From: Bacteroidales bacterium
GTDB lineage: Bacteria; Bacteroidota; Bacteroidia; Bacteroidales; GCA-2748055
DNA: 64,000 bases
Assembly (NCBI GenBank): GCA_020636775.1
Contig: JACJXF010000002.1
Location: 3,747 to 67,746 of the forward strand
Direction: 5' to 3'
Position numbers and translations under genes: made by a program. Each line of letters starts with the position of its first letter. Within the stretch, counting starts at the first letter, position 1. Below the pieces are notes generated by a model. It was not told the origin of the DNA, did no database searches, and saw nothing but the letters and a program-made list of their open reading frames with translations. Shown one piece after another: positions 1-9,748 of the stretch.

Positions 1-611
1 GAAATCTGTGCTGCATGCTTCCTTTCTTCAGGATTAAGCAACTGGTTCCGTGAGCTCATGGCAAGCCCGTCGTCTTCCCGGATTATCGGGCAGGTTATTA
101 TTTCAATGGGATACTTCATTTTCCTTACCAATTCGCGAATAACGGCAAGCTGCTGAAAATCTTTTTGTCCAAAAAAGGCCATGTTTGGCCGGGTTATATC
201 AAAGAGTCTGCTTACCACCTGAGCAACTCCGTTAAAATGGCCCGGACGGTGAGCCCCCTCCATGACCTTATCCAGCTGGCCAAAATCAAAGACTCTTGTG
301 TCGGGTTCAGGATATATTTCTTTCTCCCCCGGAGCAAAAACAATGTCGGTCATTCCCTGAGCAGCAAGCAGCTCCAGATCTTTTTCCAGGTTCCTGGGAT
401 AATTGCGAAGGTCATTCGGATCGTTAAACTGAGTGGGGTTTACAAATATGGTTACCATCACCCGTTCACATAGTCCTGCGGCCGTTTCAATAAGTGAAAG
501 ATGACCTTTGTGAAGGGCTCCCATAGTTGGAACAAGTCCGATCAACTTTTCACCGAAACCTTCAGATTTCATATATGTGAAGAGATCAGCTTTGGTTTGT
601 ATCAGCTCCAT
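1..611 (-). CDS. panC: pantoate--beta-alanine ligase (3' end runs off the window)
   Basis: My own minus-strand translation starts at the ATG (cat at 609-611): MELIQTKADLF...PTMGALHKGHLSLI...FGQKDFQQ...MSSRNQLL. These are the HxGH and SSRN-type PanC motifs. The ORF is absent from the track because it is open at the window edge. Confidence 0.9.
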   Translation of the reverse strand, partial: MELIQTKADLFTYMKSEGFGEKLIGLVPTMGALHKGHLSLIETAAGLCERVMVTIFVNPTQFNDPNDLRNYPRNLEKDLELLAAQGMTDIVFAPGEKEIYPEPDTRVFDFGQLDKVMEGAHRPGHFNGVAQVVSRLFDITRPNMAFFGQKDFQQLAVIRELVRKMKYPIEIITCPIIREDDGLAMSSRNQLLNPEERKHAAQI

Positions 612-735
612 AAATTTTTGAAATATGCGCAAAAATAGAGATTATTCGCAGTAAAATTCAAAAAACATCAATTCAATTCTGTAAGGAGAGGCCTCCATGC
701 CATTATTTTCCTGTTTAAGGTCTCAATAATTTTCG

Positions 736-743
736 TATCTTTG
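736..743 (+). promoter_or_regulatory. candidate Bacteroidota sigma-A -7 box (TAnnTTTG: TATCTTTG)
   Basis: The 8-mer matches the TAnnTTTG consensus about 30 nt upstream of the ATG at 773. The motif can occur by chance in AT-rich DNA. Confidence 0.35.
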
Positions 744-772
744 TCTGTTTTTAAAAACCAATCAAGGTTATA

Positions 773-1588
773 ATGGAAAACATTAAAGTTTTATTTATTT
801 CACAGGAAATTACGCCATACCTTCCCGAGTCGGAAATGTCATTAATAGGCAGAAATCTTCCTCAGGGTATACAGGAGAAGGGCAAGGAAATCAGAACTTT
901 TATGCCTCGGTTTGGTAACATCAACGAGAGACGCAACCAGCTTCATGAAGTAATTCGTCTTTCCGGAATGAATCTTATCATCGACGACACCGATCACCCC
1001 CTGATTATTAAGGTTGCTTCCATTCAGTCAGCCCGTATGCAGGTGTACTTTATTGACAATGATGATTATTTCCATCGCAAATTTGTTTTAAAGGATTCCA
1101 AGGGAAAGCATTATAAGGACAATGATGAAAGGATGATATTTTTTGCCCGGGGAGTTATTGAAACTGTAAAAAAACTTAGATGGTCTCCGGACATTATTCA
1201 CTGTCATGGCTGGTTCACAAGCCTGGTGCCCCTTTACATTAAAAAATCATATAGTGAGGATCCTCTTTTTATGAATTCCAAACTGGTTTTCTCAGCTTAT
1301 AACGACAGCTATAACGAGGTGCTGGATTCAAACTTCATTAAGAAAATTAAATTTGACGGTATTGATGCTGAGGTTGAGGCTGAATTAAAAGAGCCCACAT
1401 TTGAAAGTCTTGCCAGAATAGCCTTCAAATATTCCGATGGTATAATCATGGGTAGTAAGAACTTAGCTGCCGGAATTGAAAAAATTATTAAGGAATCAGG
1501 TAACAAGGTGTTAAATTATCAGGACCCTGAAGACTATATTGACGCATATTCCGTTTTCTACGATAAAATATTAACCGAAGCGAAGTGA
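773..1588 (+). CDS. short glycogen/starch-synthase-like protein (GT5 N-terminal half only, 271 aa)
   Basis: KVLFISQEITPY...RTFMPRFG...IIHCHGWFTSLVPLY resembles the N-terminal Rossmann half of GT5 glycogen synthases. Placement between panC and a DUF4270-like gene matches an arrangement I recall as conserved in Bacteroidota. Confidence 0.7.
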   Translation: MENIKVLFISQEITPYLPESEMSLIGRNLPQGIQEKGKEIRTFMPRFGNINERRNQLHEVIRLSGMNLIIDDTDHPLIIKVASIQSARMQVYFIDNDDYFHRKFVLKDSKGKHYKDNDERMIFFARGVIETVKKLRWSPDIIHCHGWFTSLVPLYIKKSYSEDPLFMNSKLVFSAYNDSYNEVLDSNFIKKIKFDGIDAEVEAELKEPTFESLARIAFKYSDGIIMGSKNLAAGIEKIIKESGNKVLNYQDPEDYIDAYSVFYDKILTEAK

Positions 1589-2901
1589 TGAGTATTATTG
1601 GAACGCGTTTAAAAGGCAGGACAAATATCAATATTGGATTCATATTTACCTCCACCCTGATTTTTCTTTTTATTTTACTTTCAAATTCCTGTAAGAAGGA
1701 TGCTGACTTTCTAGGCCGGAACCTACTGCCGTCTTCTGATAATCTGAACCTGGTGGTTGACTCCAGTACTCTGGTAAGAGCTTATACCTCCACAGGAGTA
1801 AGGCGCCCAACCTCCACAAACGATTTATATCTTCTGGGAAGTCTTAAGGACAGTGTTTTTGGTACTTCCTCAGCCTCCATCCTCACTCAGTTTTATCCAC
1901 TGGTACTAAAATCGGTTGATTCAACAAGAACGGTTGACTCCCTCGTAATCTACCTTGCCTCCGCCGGATATTACGGAGATTCAGCTAGTCAGATGAACCT
2001 GAAAATCTACGAACTCAATGAAAAACTGCGTCTGGACACTACCTATTTTTCAGATTTAAACCCGGCAGACTATTCTGATATGGCAACTGAAATTGCCAGC
2101 ACATCATATGTTGTGGGCGACACACTCGTTCATTTCTCAGTTACCGATCCTGATTTTATTGCGAAATTTGCTACTCTTCCTGATTCTGTTTTTCAGGATG
2201 TGGTTGATTTCCAGAATGAGTTCAAGGGTTTGTACATTAGAGTTGATCCTGTAAGCCAAAAGGGAGGGTTTTCATATTTTGATATGACTCTTTTCAGAAG
2301 TTCCGGGATGGTGTTGTATGCCAACGGTGATTCAGTTGGATATGAAATGGCCTTTTCCAGTTTTGCTGCCAAGGCAAATGCCTTTACACACGATTACAGC
2401 GGCTCGCCGGTTTCTGTTAATCTTGATAAACCCGAGGCAGGTGATTCTCTGATTTTTCTTGAGGGACTTGCAGGAACCAACAGCATCATCAGTTTTCCTG
2501 AACTTGAAAAATGGAAGGAAAAAGGAAATATTTCAATCAATAAGGCAGAGCTGATAATTCCGGTCGATTCTTTGGAATACCCGGGTCTCACAAGGGATAA
2601 TTATCCTCCCATTTTATCCCTCTTTACCCTCGATGATGATAGTTCGTACCATTTCATGTACGATTACAGGGTAGATCTTACCGGAAAATATTTTGACGGA
2701 ACATTCGACGGAGCAATATATTCTTACGTATTTAATATTGGTTTACATCTTCAATCGTATTTGCGAGGCGATATTGAAAATTCCAGGCTTTTGCTTTTGC
2801 CTACCGCAACCAATACTTCCGCTAACAGGGTTATTGTGAGAAACGGGAATGTATCGTCAAAACCGATGAAATTAAAGGTAGTTTATACAGAATTGTATTA
2901 A
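1585..2901 (+). CDS. DUF4270-like exported/lipoprotein-like protein
   Basis: The start overlaps the upstream stop (ATGA). There is an N-terminal hydrophobic segment ending LSNSCKK (lipobox-like). The position after the GT5-like gene matches the DUF4270 context as I recall it. No catalytic motifs were seen. Confidence 0.5.
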   Translation: MMSIIGTRLKGRTNINIGFIFTSTLIFLFILLSNSCKKDADFLGRNLLPSSDNLNLVVDSSTLVRAYTSTGVRRPTSTNDLYLLGSLKDSVFGTSSASILTQFYPLVLKSVDSTRTVDSLVIYLASAGYYGDSASQMNLKIYELNEKLRLDTTYFSDLNPADYSDMATEIASTSYVVGDTLVHFSVTDPDFIAKFATLPDSVFQDVVDFQNEFKGLYIRVDPVSQKGGFSYFDMTLFRSSGMVLYANGDSVGYEMAFSSFAAKANAFTHDYSGSPVSVNLDKPEAGDSLIFLEGLAGTNSIISFPELEKWKEKGNISINKAELIIPVDSLEYPGLTRDNYPPILSLFTLDDDSSYHFMYDYRVDLTGKYFDGTFDGAIYSYVFNIGLHLQSYLRGDIENSRLLLLPTATNTSANRVIVRNGNVSSKPMKLKVVYTELY

Positions 2902-2902
2902 T

Positions 2903-4738
2903 ATGTGTGGGATCGTTGGATATATTGGATACAGAAATGCCTATCCGATTCTAATAAATGGCTTGAAAAGGCTTGAATACCGGGGATATGATTCAGCCGG
3001 CATAGCACTTTTAAATGGTGAAACAACCATTTACAAGCGAAAGGGTAAAGTTTCAGACCTGGAGAAATTTGTTGAATCAGGCGACATTAGCGGAACCCTG
3101 GGAATTGGTCACACGCGTTGGGCAACTCATGGCGAACCCAACGATATAAATGCTCATCCTCACCTTTCCATGAATGGAATTTTTACCATTATTCACAATG
3201 GTATAATTGAAAATTACACTTCATTAAAATCCCGCCTTACTGATCGTGGTTATGTTTTTAAATCCGAAACGGATACTGAAATTCTTGCCAATCTTATTGA
3301 GTATATTTATTTAAAGGGAAACGTAAGTGCTGAACTGGCCGTTAGGCTTGCCTTAACTAAGGTGGTTGGTGCCTACGGACTTGTGGTTTTATGCAACCGC
3401 GAACCCGATAAAATGATTGCTGCGCGCAAGAGCAGCCCCCTCGTGCTTGGTATTGGTGAAGGTGAGTATTTTGTTGCATCCGATGCCACACCCATTATTG
3501 AATATACCGATAGGGTTATTTATCTCAATAACGAAGATGTTGCCGTTATAAGCCGCGATGAACTCGTTTTAAAAACCATTAAGAACGATAAACTCATTCC
3601 TAACATTCAGAAGGTTGACCTAGGAATCAGCGAAATTGAAAAGAATGGTTACGATCATTTTATGCTGAAGGAAATTTTTGAACAGCCCCGTTCTATCCTT
3701 GATACTTTCAGGGGAAGAGTTTCACATGATAAAGCTTCCATACATCTGGGCGGACTTTTTAGTGTTGAAGAAAGGCTTGTACATGCAAAGCGTATTGTTA
3801 TCATTGGTTGCGGCACATCCTGGCATGCAGGGATGGTCGGTGAATACCTCTTTGAGGATATTGCCCGGATATCCGTTGAGGTTGAATATGCTTCTGAATT
3901 CCGCTACCGCAACCCGTTGATCGACAAAGACGATATTGTAATTGCCATAAGTCAGAGCGGAGAAACAGCTGATACCCTTGCAGCCATTCAGCTTGCCAAA
4001 GATCGTGGTGCACTTGTTCTGGGTATCTGCAATGTGGTTGGCTCAAGTATTTCAAGAGAAACCCATGCCGGGGTTTATATGCATGCCGGCCCTGAAATTG
4101 GTGTTGCCTCTACAAAAGCATTCACGGCTCAGGTTACGGTTCTGGCCATGATGGCGATTCTTACCGGTTATAAAAAGGGGGTGCTCGAAGAATCAAGGTA
4201 CCGGAGATTGATTGAGGAGTTATCAGGAATACCTGAAAAGATTGAGAGAATACTTACTCATGATGCAAAATATAAGGCCATTGCTGAGGAATACCAGAAT
4301 GCCGGTAATTTCCTTTATCTGGGAAGAGGATACTCATTTCCGGTGGCTCTGGAAGGTGCACTGAAGTTAAAAGAGATTTCTTACATACATGCCGAAGGCT
4401 ATCCCGCTGCTGAAATGAAGCACGGACCCATAGCCCTGATCGACAGAAATATGCCGGTGGTTGTAATTGCCACCAATGATAAGTCGTACGAAAAAATAGT
4501 AAGCAACATCCAGGAAGTTAAAGCAAGAAATGGAATTGTAATTGCAATTGTTTCGGAAGGGGATACCATAATCCGGAACATGGCCGATCATGTGCTGGAA
4601 ATTCCTGAAGCAATGGAAGAACTCACCTCACTATTGTCGGTTATACCTCTGCAGCTTATTGCCTATCACATTGCTGTTCTGCGGGGATGTAATGTTGACC
4701 AGCCAAGAAATCTTGCGAAATCCGTAACCGTAGAATAG
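2903..4738 (+). CDS. glmS: glutamine--fructose-6-phosphate aminotransferase (isomerizing)
   Basis: MCGIVGY gives the N-terminal Cys nucleophile. Two SIS-domain regions follow (GCGTSWHAG, SQSGETADT) and the protein ends in KSVTVE. Length is 611 aa. Confidence 0.95.
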   Translation: MCGIVGYIGYRNAYPILINGLKRLEYRGYDSAGIALLNGETTIYKRKGKVSDLEKFVESGDISGTLGIGHTRWATHGEPNDINAHPHLSMNGIFTIIHNGIIENYTSLKSRLTDRGYVFKSETDTEILANLIEYIYLKGNVSAELAVRLALTKVVGAYGLVVLCNREPDKMIAARKSSPLVLGIGEGEYFVASDATPIIEYTDRVIYLNNEDVAVISRDELVLKTIKNDKLIPNIQKVDLGISEIEKNGYDHFMLKEIFEQPRSILDTFRGRVSHDKASIHLGGLFSVEERLVHAKRIVIIGCGTSWHAGMVGEYLFEDIARISVEVEYASEFRYRNPLIDKDDIVIAISQSGETADTLAAIQLAKDRGALVLGICNVVGSSISRETHAGVYMHAGPEIGVASTKAFTAQVTVLAMMAILTGYKKGVLEESRYRRLIEELSGIPEKIERILTHDAKYKAIAEEYQNAGNFLYLGRGYSFPVALEGALKLKEISYIHAEGYPAAEMKHGPIALIDRNMPVVVIATNDKSYEKIVSNIQEVKARNGIVIAIVSEGDTIIRNMADHVLEIPEAMEELTSLLSVIPLQLIAYHIAVLRGCNVDQPRNLAKSVTVE

Positions 4739-4751
4739 GAATTAAGGCCAG

Positions 4752-5804
4752 CTACCTTTTAATATACTGCTTTTCGTAGTATTTCTCGTAGTCACCTGTC
4801 ATAACATTGTTCATCCAGGCTTCGTTTTCCAGATACCAATCTACTGTTTTTGCCAGTCCTTCCTCAAACTGCAGCGATGGTGCCCAGCTAAGCTCTTTCT
4901 GAAGTTTTGATGAATCGATGGCATACCGAAGGTCGTGTCCGGCCCGGTCTTTCACAAAACTGATGAGAGAAGCCGAAGTTCCGGGATTTCTTTTCAGCTT
5001 TTCGTCCATGATTTTACAAAGCAGCTGTATAAGGTCGATATTTTTCCACTCGTTGATGCCACCAATGTTGTATGTCTCACCCGCTTTTCCCCTGTGAAAT
5101 ATCTGATCAATAGCCCTGGCATGATCTTCCACAAACAGCCAGTCACGAATATTCTCCCCTTTCCCGTAAACAGGAACCTGCTTCATGTTTTTAATATTGT
5201 TTATGGCAAGTGGAATCAGTTTTTCCGGGAACTGGTTGGGGCCATAGTTATTGGAACAGTTTGAAAGCACTACCGGCAGCTTAAATGTATGATACCAGGC
5301 CCTTACCAGATGGTCGGAGCTGGCTTTGGATGCCGAATACGGACTGCGGGGATCGTAAGGGCTGCTCTCCGTGAATAGTCCCTCCTCACCCAGACTGCCA
5401 TATACTTCATCGGTTGAAATATGGTAGAATAATTTATCGTTGAAATTTTCTGACCATTTGGCTCTTGCTGCATTCAGCAGGTTTACCGTACCGATAATAT
5501 TCGTAAAGATAAACTCTGTTGGATTGGATATAGAGCGGTCAACATGCGATTCGGCTGCCAGATGAATAACTCCCGAAAAATTATACTTTTTAAAAAGCTC
5601 AGATACAAAGGCTTCGTCAACAATGTCTCCCTTTACAAATTCATAATTCGGTTTTTTTTCAATGTCCCTGATATTTTCAAGATTACCGGCGTAGGTAAGC
5701 TTATCCAGATTAATGATTTTGTAATCAGGATACTTATTTACAAAGAGTCTGACTACATGCGATCCGATAAATCCGGCTCCACCGGTAATAAGTATTGTTT
5801 TCAT
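4752..5804 (-). CDS. rfbB: dTDP-glucose 4,6-dehydratase
   Basis: ILITGGAGFIGSH, YSASKASSD (YxxxK) and NNYGPNQFPEKLIP are typical of the RmlB extended SDR family. Length is 350 aa. Confidence 0.9.
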   Translation of the reverse strand: MKTILITGGAGFIGSHVVRLFVNKYPDYKIINLDKLTYAGNLENIRDIEKKPNYEFVKGDIVDEAFVSELFKKYNFSGVIHLAAESHVDRSISNPTEFIFTNIIGTVNLLNAARAKWSENFNDKLFYHISTDEVYGSLGEEGLFTESSPYDPRSPYSASKASSDHLVRAWYHTFKLPVVLSNCSNNYGPNQFPEKLIPLAINNIKNMKQVPVYGKGENIRDWLFVEDHARAIDQIFHRGKAGETYNIGGINEWKNIDLIQLLCKIMDEKLKRNPGTSASLISFVKDRAGHDLRYAIDSSKLQKELSWAPSLQFEEGLAKTVDWYLENEAWMNNVMTGDYEKYYEKQYIKR

Positions 5805-6841
5805 TTAGCTTGATTTTTGTTTTTTCTAAGCTGTTTTTCCCATTTCCAGGCAGAAAGCAGCGTTTCCTCGAGACCTGTCCCGGCCTTCCATCCCAGCTCA
5901 GTATTTGCCAGCTGAGTATCGGCATAAACTTTCTCCACATCGCCCTCTCTGCGACCGACAATTTTATATTTCAGCTTTTCGCCGCTGGCTTTTTCAAAGG
6001 CTTTAATCACCTCAAGCACAGAAAAACCATTGCCTGTACCCAGGTTAAATGTCTCGAGCTTTTTCCTGTTTTTATTTTCAAGCAGTCGCTTAATGGCTGT
6101 TACATGTGCCTTTGAAAGGTCGACAACATTTATATAATCGCGGATGGCCGAACCGTCGGGTGTATTGTAATCAACTCCGAAAACCTTAAGTTCCTCTCTC
6201 AGACCAATGGCAGTTTGAGTAATAAAAGGTACAAGGTTATTAGGAATACCAAGGGGCAATTCACCAATGAGCGCTGAGGGATGGGCCCCGATGGGATTAA
6301 AATATCGCAGGGAGATTATTTTGAGATTATCATTTGCAGCAGAAGTATCTCTTAATATTTCTTCACAAACCTGCTTGGTATTTCCATAGGGTGAACTGGC
6401 CGGTTTGATTGCTGATGATTCTGTTACAGGGAGGGTGTCGGGTTCGCCGTAAACCGTACAGGATGAGCTAAATACAAGATTTTGAATCCCTTTTTCCTCC
6501 ATATTTTTCAAAAGGAGCATGAGGGAGTTAAGATTATTGTAATAATATTTCAGGGGGATGGAAACGGATTCGCCTACAGCCTTATAGGCTGCGAAATGTA
6601 TAATGGCGGAAATTCCGGGATATTTTTCAAAGAGTTTTTGGGTCTGGATTGCATCCGACAAATCCGTTTTTTCAAATAAGGGCCTGGTTCCGGTAATTTT
6701 TTCTATGCCATCCAGAACTGAAATATCTGAGTTTGAAAGATTGTCGGCAATAAGGACTTCAAAGCCTTCATTGATGAGCTCAACAGAAGTATGTGAGCCA
6801 ATATATCCGGTACCACCGGTAACAAGAATCATTTTTTTCAT
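5801..6841 (-). CDS. galE: UDP-glucose 4-epimerase family (could also act on UDP-GlcNAc)
   Basis: ILVTGGTGYIGSHT, SPYGNTKQ (YxxxK), LRYFNPIGAH and DGSAIRDYI are GalE-type SDR motifs. The gene overlaps the rfbB start by 4 nt. Confidence 0.85.
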   Translation of the reverse strand: MKKMILVTGGTGYIGSHTSVELINEGFEVLIADNLSNSDISVLDGIEKITGTRPLFEKTDLSDAIQTQKLFEKYPGISAIIHFAAYKAVGESVSIPLKYYYNNLNSLMLLLKNMEEKGIQNLVFSSSCTVYGEPDTLPVTESSAIKPASSPYGNTKQVCEEILRDTSAANDNLKIISLRYFNPIGAHPSALIGELPLGIPNNLVPFITQTAIGLREELKVFGVDYNTPDGSAIRDYINVVDLSKAHVTAIKRLLENKNRKKLETFNLGTGNGFSVLEVIKAFEKASGEKLKYKIVGRREGDVEKVYADTQLANTELGWKAGTGLEETLLSAWKWEKQLRKNKNQAK

Positions 6842-6860
6842 TTCTTTCTGCTTACAATAA

Positions 6861-8150
6861 TTAAAGACTCCAGTATACCAGATGTTTTATTTTATCCCTG
6901 TAAATACCCTTGAGGTCAGCTATAATGGCGGGCTCATGAACGATTCCCCTGAAATATTTTTCATCCTTAGTCAGGAACTCATCATGGCTTACGGCAGCTA
7001 CAATGGCATCATAACGGGGATTAACCGTGGACGAGAGTTCAAGTCCATATTCTTCCTTAACCTCATCGGGTGAAGCATGTGGGTCGATAACATCAACCTG
7101 AAGTCCGAAACCCTTCAGCTCCTTTATAACATCCACAACCTTGGAATTTCTGATATCACTTACATTTTCCTTAAAAGTAATTCCCATAACCAGTACACGC
7201 GAATGTTTCAGTTCTTTTCCCACGGAAACAAGTTTCTGAACAATTTCACGGGCAACGTGCTCTCCCATACCGTCATTTATGGAACGGCCGGCATTGATGA
7301 TCTGGGCATGGTGACCGTAACGGGCCGATTTATAAGTAAGATAATAGGGGTCAACACCAATACAGTGACCTCCCACCAGTCCGGGATAAAATTTAAGGAA
7401 ATTCCATTTGGTGCCGGCAGCCTCCAGTACTTCATAGGTATTGATACCCATTTTGGTGAAAATCATGGACAGCTCATTCATGAAGGCAATATTGATGTCT
7501 CTCTGGGTATTTTCAATAATTTTTGCCGCCTCTGCCACTTTAATGGAGCTTGCCCTGTGAACTCCGGCGGTAATGATCAGTTCGTAGGTTTTGGCAATTT
7601 CTTCGGCCGACTCGGCATCGCAACCCGAAGTGACTTTCATGATTTTTGTCAGAGTATGATTTTTGTCCCCAGGGTTTATGCGTTCCGGCGAAAATCCAAC
7701 CTTAAAATCCTTCATATAGCTCAGTCCCGATTCCTTTTCGAGAATAGGGATACAGTCTTCCTCCGTGCAACCGGGATAAACAGTCGATTCATACACTACA
7801 TAGTCACCTTTCTTCAGGGCCTTTCCAACTGTGGCAGTTGCGCTTAGAAGAGGAAAGAGATCAGGTTTTTTATGTTCATCGATGGGTGTGGGAACAGCAA
7901 CAACAAAAAAATTAGCATCGTGCAGCTCGTCCTTATTAGCCGTAAAATGTATGTTACAGTTTTCAAAATCTTCGGATTGAAGCTCGTTACTTGGGTCAAT
8001 CTTTCTTTTCATCAGGTCAATGCGGGATGGTTTAATATCAAAACCAATAACCTGAATTTTCCTTGCAAATTCAAGAGCAATCGGGAGACCTACATATCCC
8101 AGTCCGATTACTGCAAGTTTATTTTTTCCTTCTATTAATTCGGTATACAT
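6861..8150 (-). CDS. wbpA: nucleotide-sugar 6-dehydrogenase, WbpA/TviB-like (UDP-GlcNAc 6-dehydrogenase candidate)
   Basis: It has the N-terminal VIGLGYVGLP Rossmann motif, the GGHCIGVDPYY catalytic-Cys region, and a length of 429 aa. It sits next to WbpB/D/E-like genes. Confidence 0.75.
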   Translation of the reverse strand: MYTELIEGKNKLAVIGLGYVGLPIALEFARKIQVIGFDIKPSRIDLMKRKIDPSNELQSEDFENCNIHFTANKDELHDANFFVVAVPTPIDEHKKPDLFPLLSATATVGKALKKGDYVVYESTVYPGCTEEDCIPILEKESGLSYMKDFKVGFSPERINPGDKNHTLTKIMKVTSGCDAESAEEIAKTYELIITAGVHRASSIKVAEAAKIIENTQRDINIAFMNELSMIFTKMGINTYEVLEAAGTKWNFLKFYPGLVGGHCIGVDPYYLTYKSARYGHHAQIINAGRSINDGMGEHVAREIVQKLVSVGKELKHSRVLVMGITFKENVSDIRNSKVVDVIKELKGFGLQVDVIDPHASPDEVKEEYGLELSSTVNPRYDAIVAAVSHDEFLTKDEKYFRGIVHEPAIIADLKGIYRDKIKHLVYWSL

Positions 8151-8153
8151 TCT

Positions 8154-9110
8154 TTAGAGTTTTAAAGCTTTTGCCATGGGGTGAACTTCACCTTTTAGTC
8201 CTGTTGCTGTTGCGTTACGGATATTGTAAACGGTTTCAATGGATGTCCGGGCATCCTCAAGCCCATAACCTTTTCCGGCGAGAATCGCCTGATATGTCTG
8301 AGTATGTAAATCCGTAAAACCACCGCTGAACTCAAGTTCATCGCCATCAACCGTTATCGAACGAAATGTGCGTTGTCCTTTTTCCTGATATTCTTTTGGT
8401 ACATCATTGTAATCGATGCTCATGAACCAGCGTACCCTTGCTTTTTCCAGTTCAAGGTAACCGGCAGCTTTATCCTTCTGCAGAAGCTGAACGGTGTTGG
8501 TTTTAACTCCCCCGAAAATCCAGGTAAGCATGTCGAAAAAGTGAACACCTATGTTGGTTGCTATTCCTCCTGACTTCTGAATATCTCCTTTCCATGAGAA
8601 ATGGTACCAGTTTCCGCGGCTGGTAATATAGGATAGATCGATTTCATGTATTTTATCTGCCGGGCTTTCCTCGATACGTTTCTTCAGAGCCAAAATTGAA
8701 GGGTGAAGGCGAAGTTGCAGGATATTGTAAACCCTGCGGCCGGTTTCCTTTTCAAAATTCTGAAGGGCATCAATATTCCAGGGATTCAGAACCATGGGTT
8801 TCTCGCAAATAGCATCCGCATCATTCCTGAGGGCGAAACGAATATGGGAATCGTGGAGATAATTGGGCGAGCATATGCTTACATAATCCACTTTCTTGCC
8901 GCACCTTTTAAGTTTATCAATATGCCGGTCGAAGCGCTCAAATTCAACGAAAAAATCAGCGTCGGGAAAATAACTGTCAATAAAGCCAACACTGTCGAAA
9001 TTATCCAGCGCTGCAAGAAGAACATTATTTGTTTCTTTTATGGCTTTGAGATGGCGAACTGCTATATATCCTGCAACGCCAATTATCGCAAAGTTTTTTT
9101 TGGTTTCCAA
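8154..9110 (-). CDS. wbpB: Gfo/Idh/MocA oxidoreductase, WbpB-like (UDP-GlcNAcA 3-dehydrogenase candidate)
   Basis: FAIIGVAGYIAVRHLKAI is the Rossmann start and AICEKP is the family motif. Length is 318 aa, and the gene lies between WbpA-like and WbpD-like genes. Confidence 0.7.
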   Translation of the reverse strand: METKKNFAIIGVAGYIAVRHLKAIKETNNVLLAALDNFDSVGFIDSYFPDADFFVEFERFDRHIDKLKRCGKKVDYVSICSPNYLHDSHIRFALRNDADAICEKPMVLNPWNIDALQNFEKETGRRVYNILQLRLHPSILALKKRIEESPADKIHEIDLSYITSRGNWYHFSWKGDIQKSGGIATNIGVHFFDMLTWIFGGVKTNTVQLLQKDKAAGYLELEKARVRWFMSIDYNDVPKEYQEKGQRTFRSITVDGDELEFSGGFTDLHTQTYQAILAGKGYGLEDARTSIETVYNIRNATATGLKGEVHPMAKALKL

Positions 9111-9119
9111 TGCTTTGAT

Positions 9120-9707
9120 TTATTTGGGTAATTTTTTAACAATCATATTATCGAGTAAATATTTTTCCTTGCTTTCCGGGCAAATGGCAATTCCTTCTCC
9201 ATCGAAATTCAGACGATGGCCATATTCGCTCATCCACCCAACGTGGCGGGCCGGATTACCGATGGTAAGCGAGTGGTCGGGAACATCCCGGGTTACAACG
9301 GCTCCTGCACCAATAAAAGCATAACGGCCAATGGTGTTTCCACAGATAATGGTTGCATTTGCACCTATGCTGGCACCTTCCTTTACCAGGGTTTCCTCGT
9401 AGCGGTCTTTCCGAACAACCGAACTTCTTGGATTGCTTACATTTGTAAACACCATTGATGGACCCAGAAACACATTATCCTCGCAGATAACCCCGGTATA
9501 AATGGAAACGTTGTTCTGTACCTTAACATTGTTTCCAAGTTTTACACCGGGAGATACCACTACATTCTGACCTATATTGCAATTTTCTCCAATGGAACAA
9601 TCTGTCATGATGTGGCAGAAATGCCAGATTTTCGTTCCCTTTCCAATCCGGCATCCTTCATCGATATAGGATGATTCGTGTACAAAATAATCAACGGGTT
9701 TATTCAT
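9120..9707 (-). CDS. wbpD: hexapeptide-repeat N-acetyltransferase, WbpD-like
   Basis: Left-handed beta-helix repeats are visible (IGKGTKIWHF, IGENCNIGQNVVV, LGNNVKVQNNVSI). Length is 195 aa, in a Wbp-type context. Confidence 0.75.
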   Translation of the reverse strand: MNKPVDYFVHESSYIDEGCRIGKGTKIWHFCHIMTDCSIGENCNIGQNVVVSPGVKLGNNVKVQNNVSIYTGVICEDNVFLGPSMVFTNVSNPRSSVVRKDRYEETLVKEGASIGANATIICGNTIGRYAFIGAGAVVTRDVPDHSLTIGNPARHVGWMSEYGHRLNFDGEGIAICPESKEKYLLDNMIVKKLPK

Positions 9708-9748
9708 TTCTTCTCTGTTACTATCTTAAGGGAGATATTTCCAGACTG

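Noticed and set aside
165-473. 102-aa plus-strand ORF from the track
   Set aside because: It lies entirely antisense to a clear panC reading frame with conserved motifs, so it is a shadow ORF.
7077-7847. 256-aa plus-strand ORF from the track
   Set aside because: It is antisense to the WbpA-like dehydrogenase gene. Its composition is low-complexity and it has no family features.
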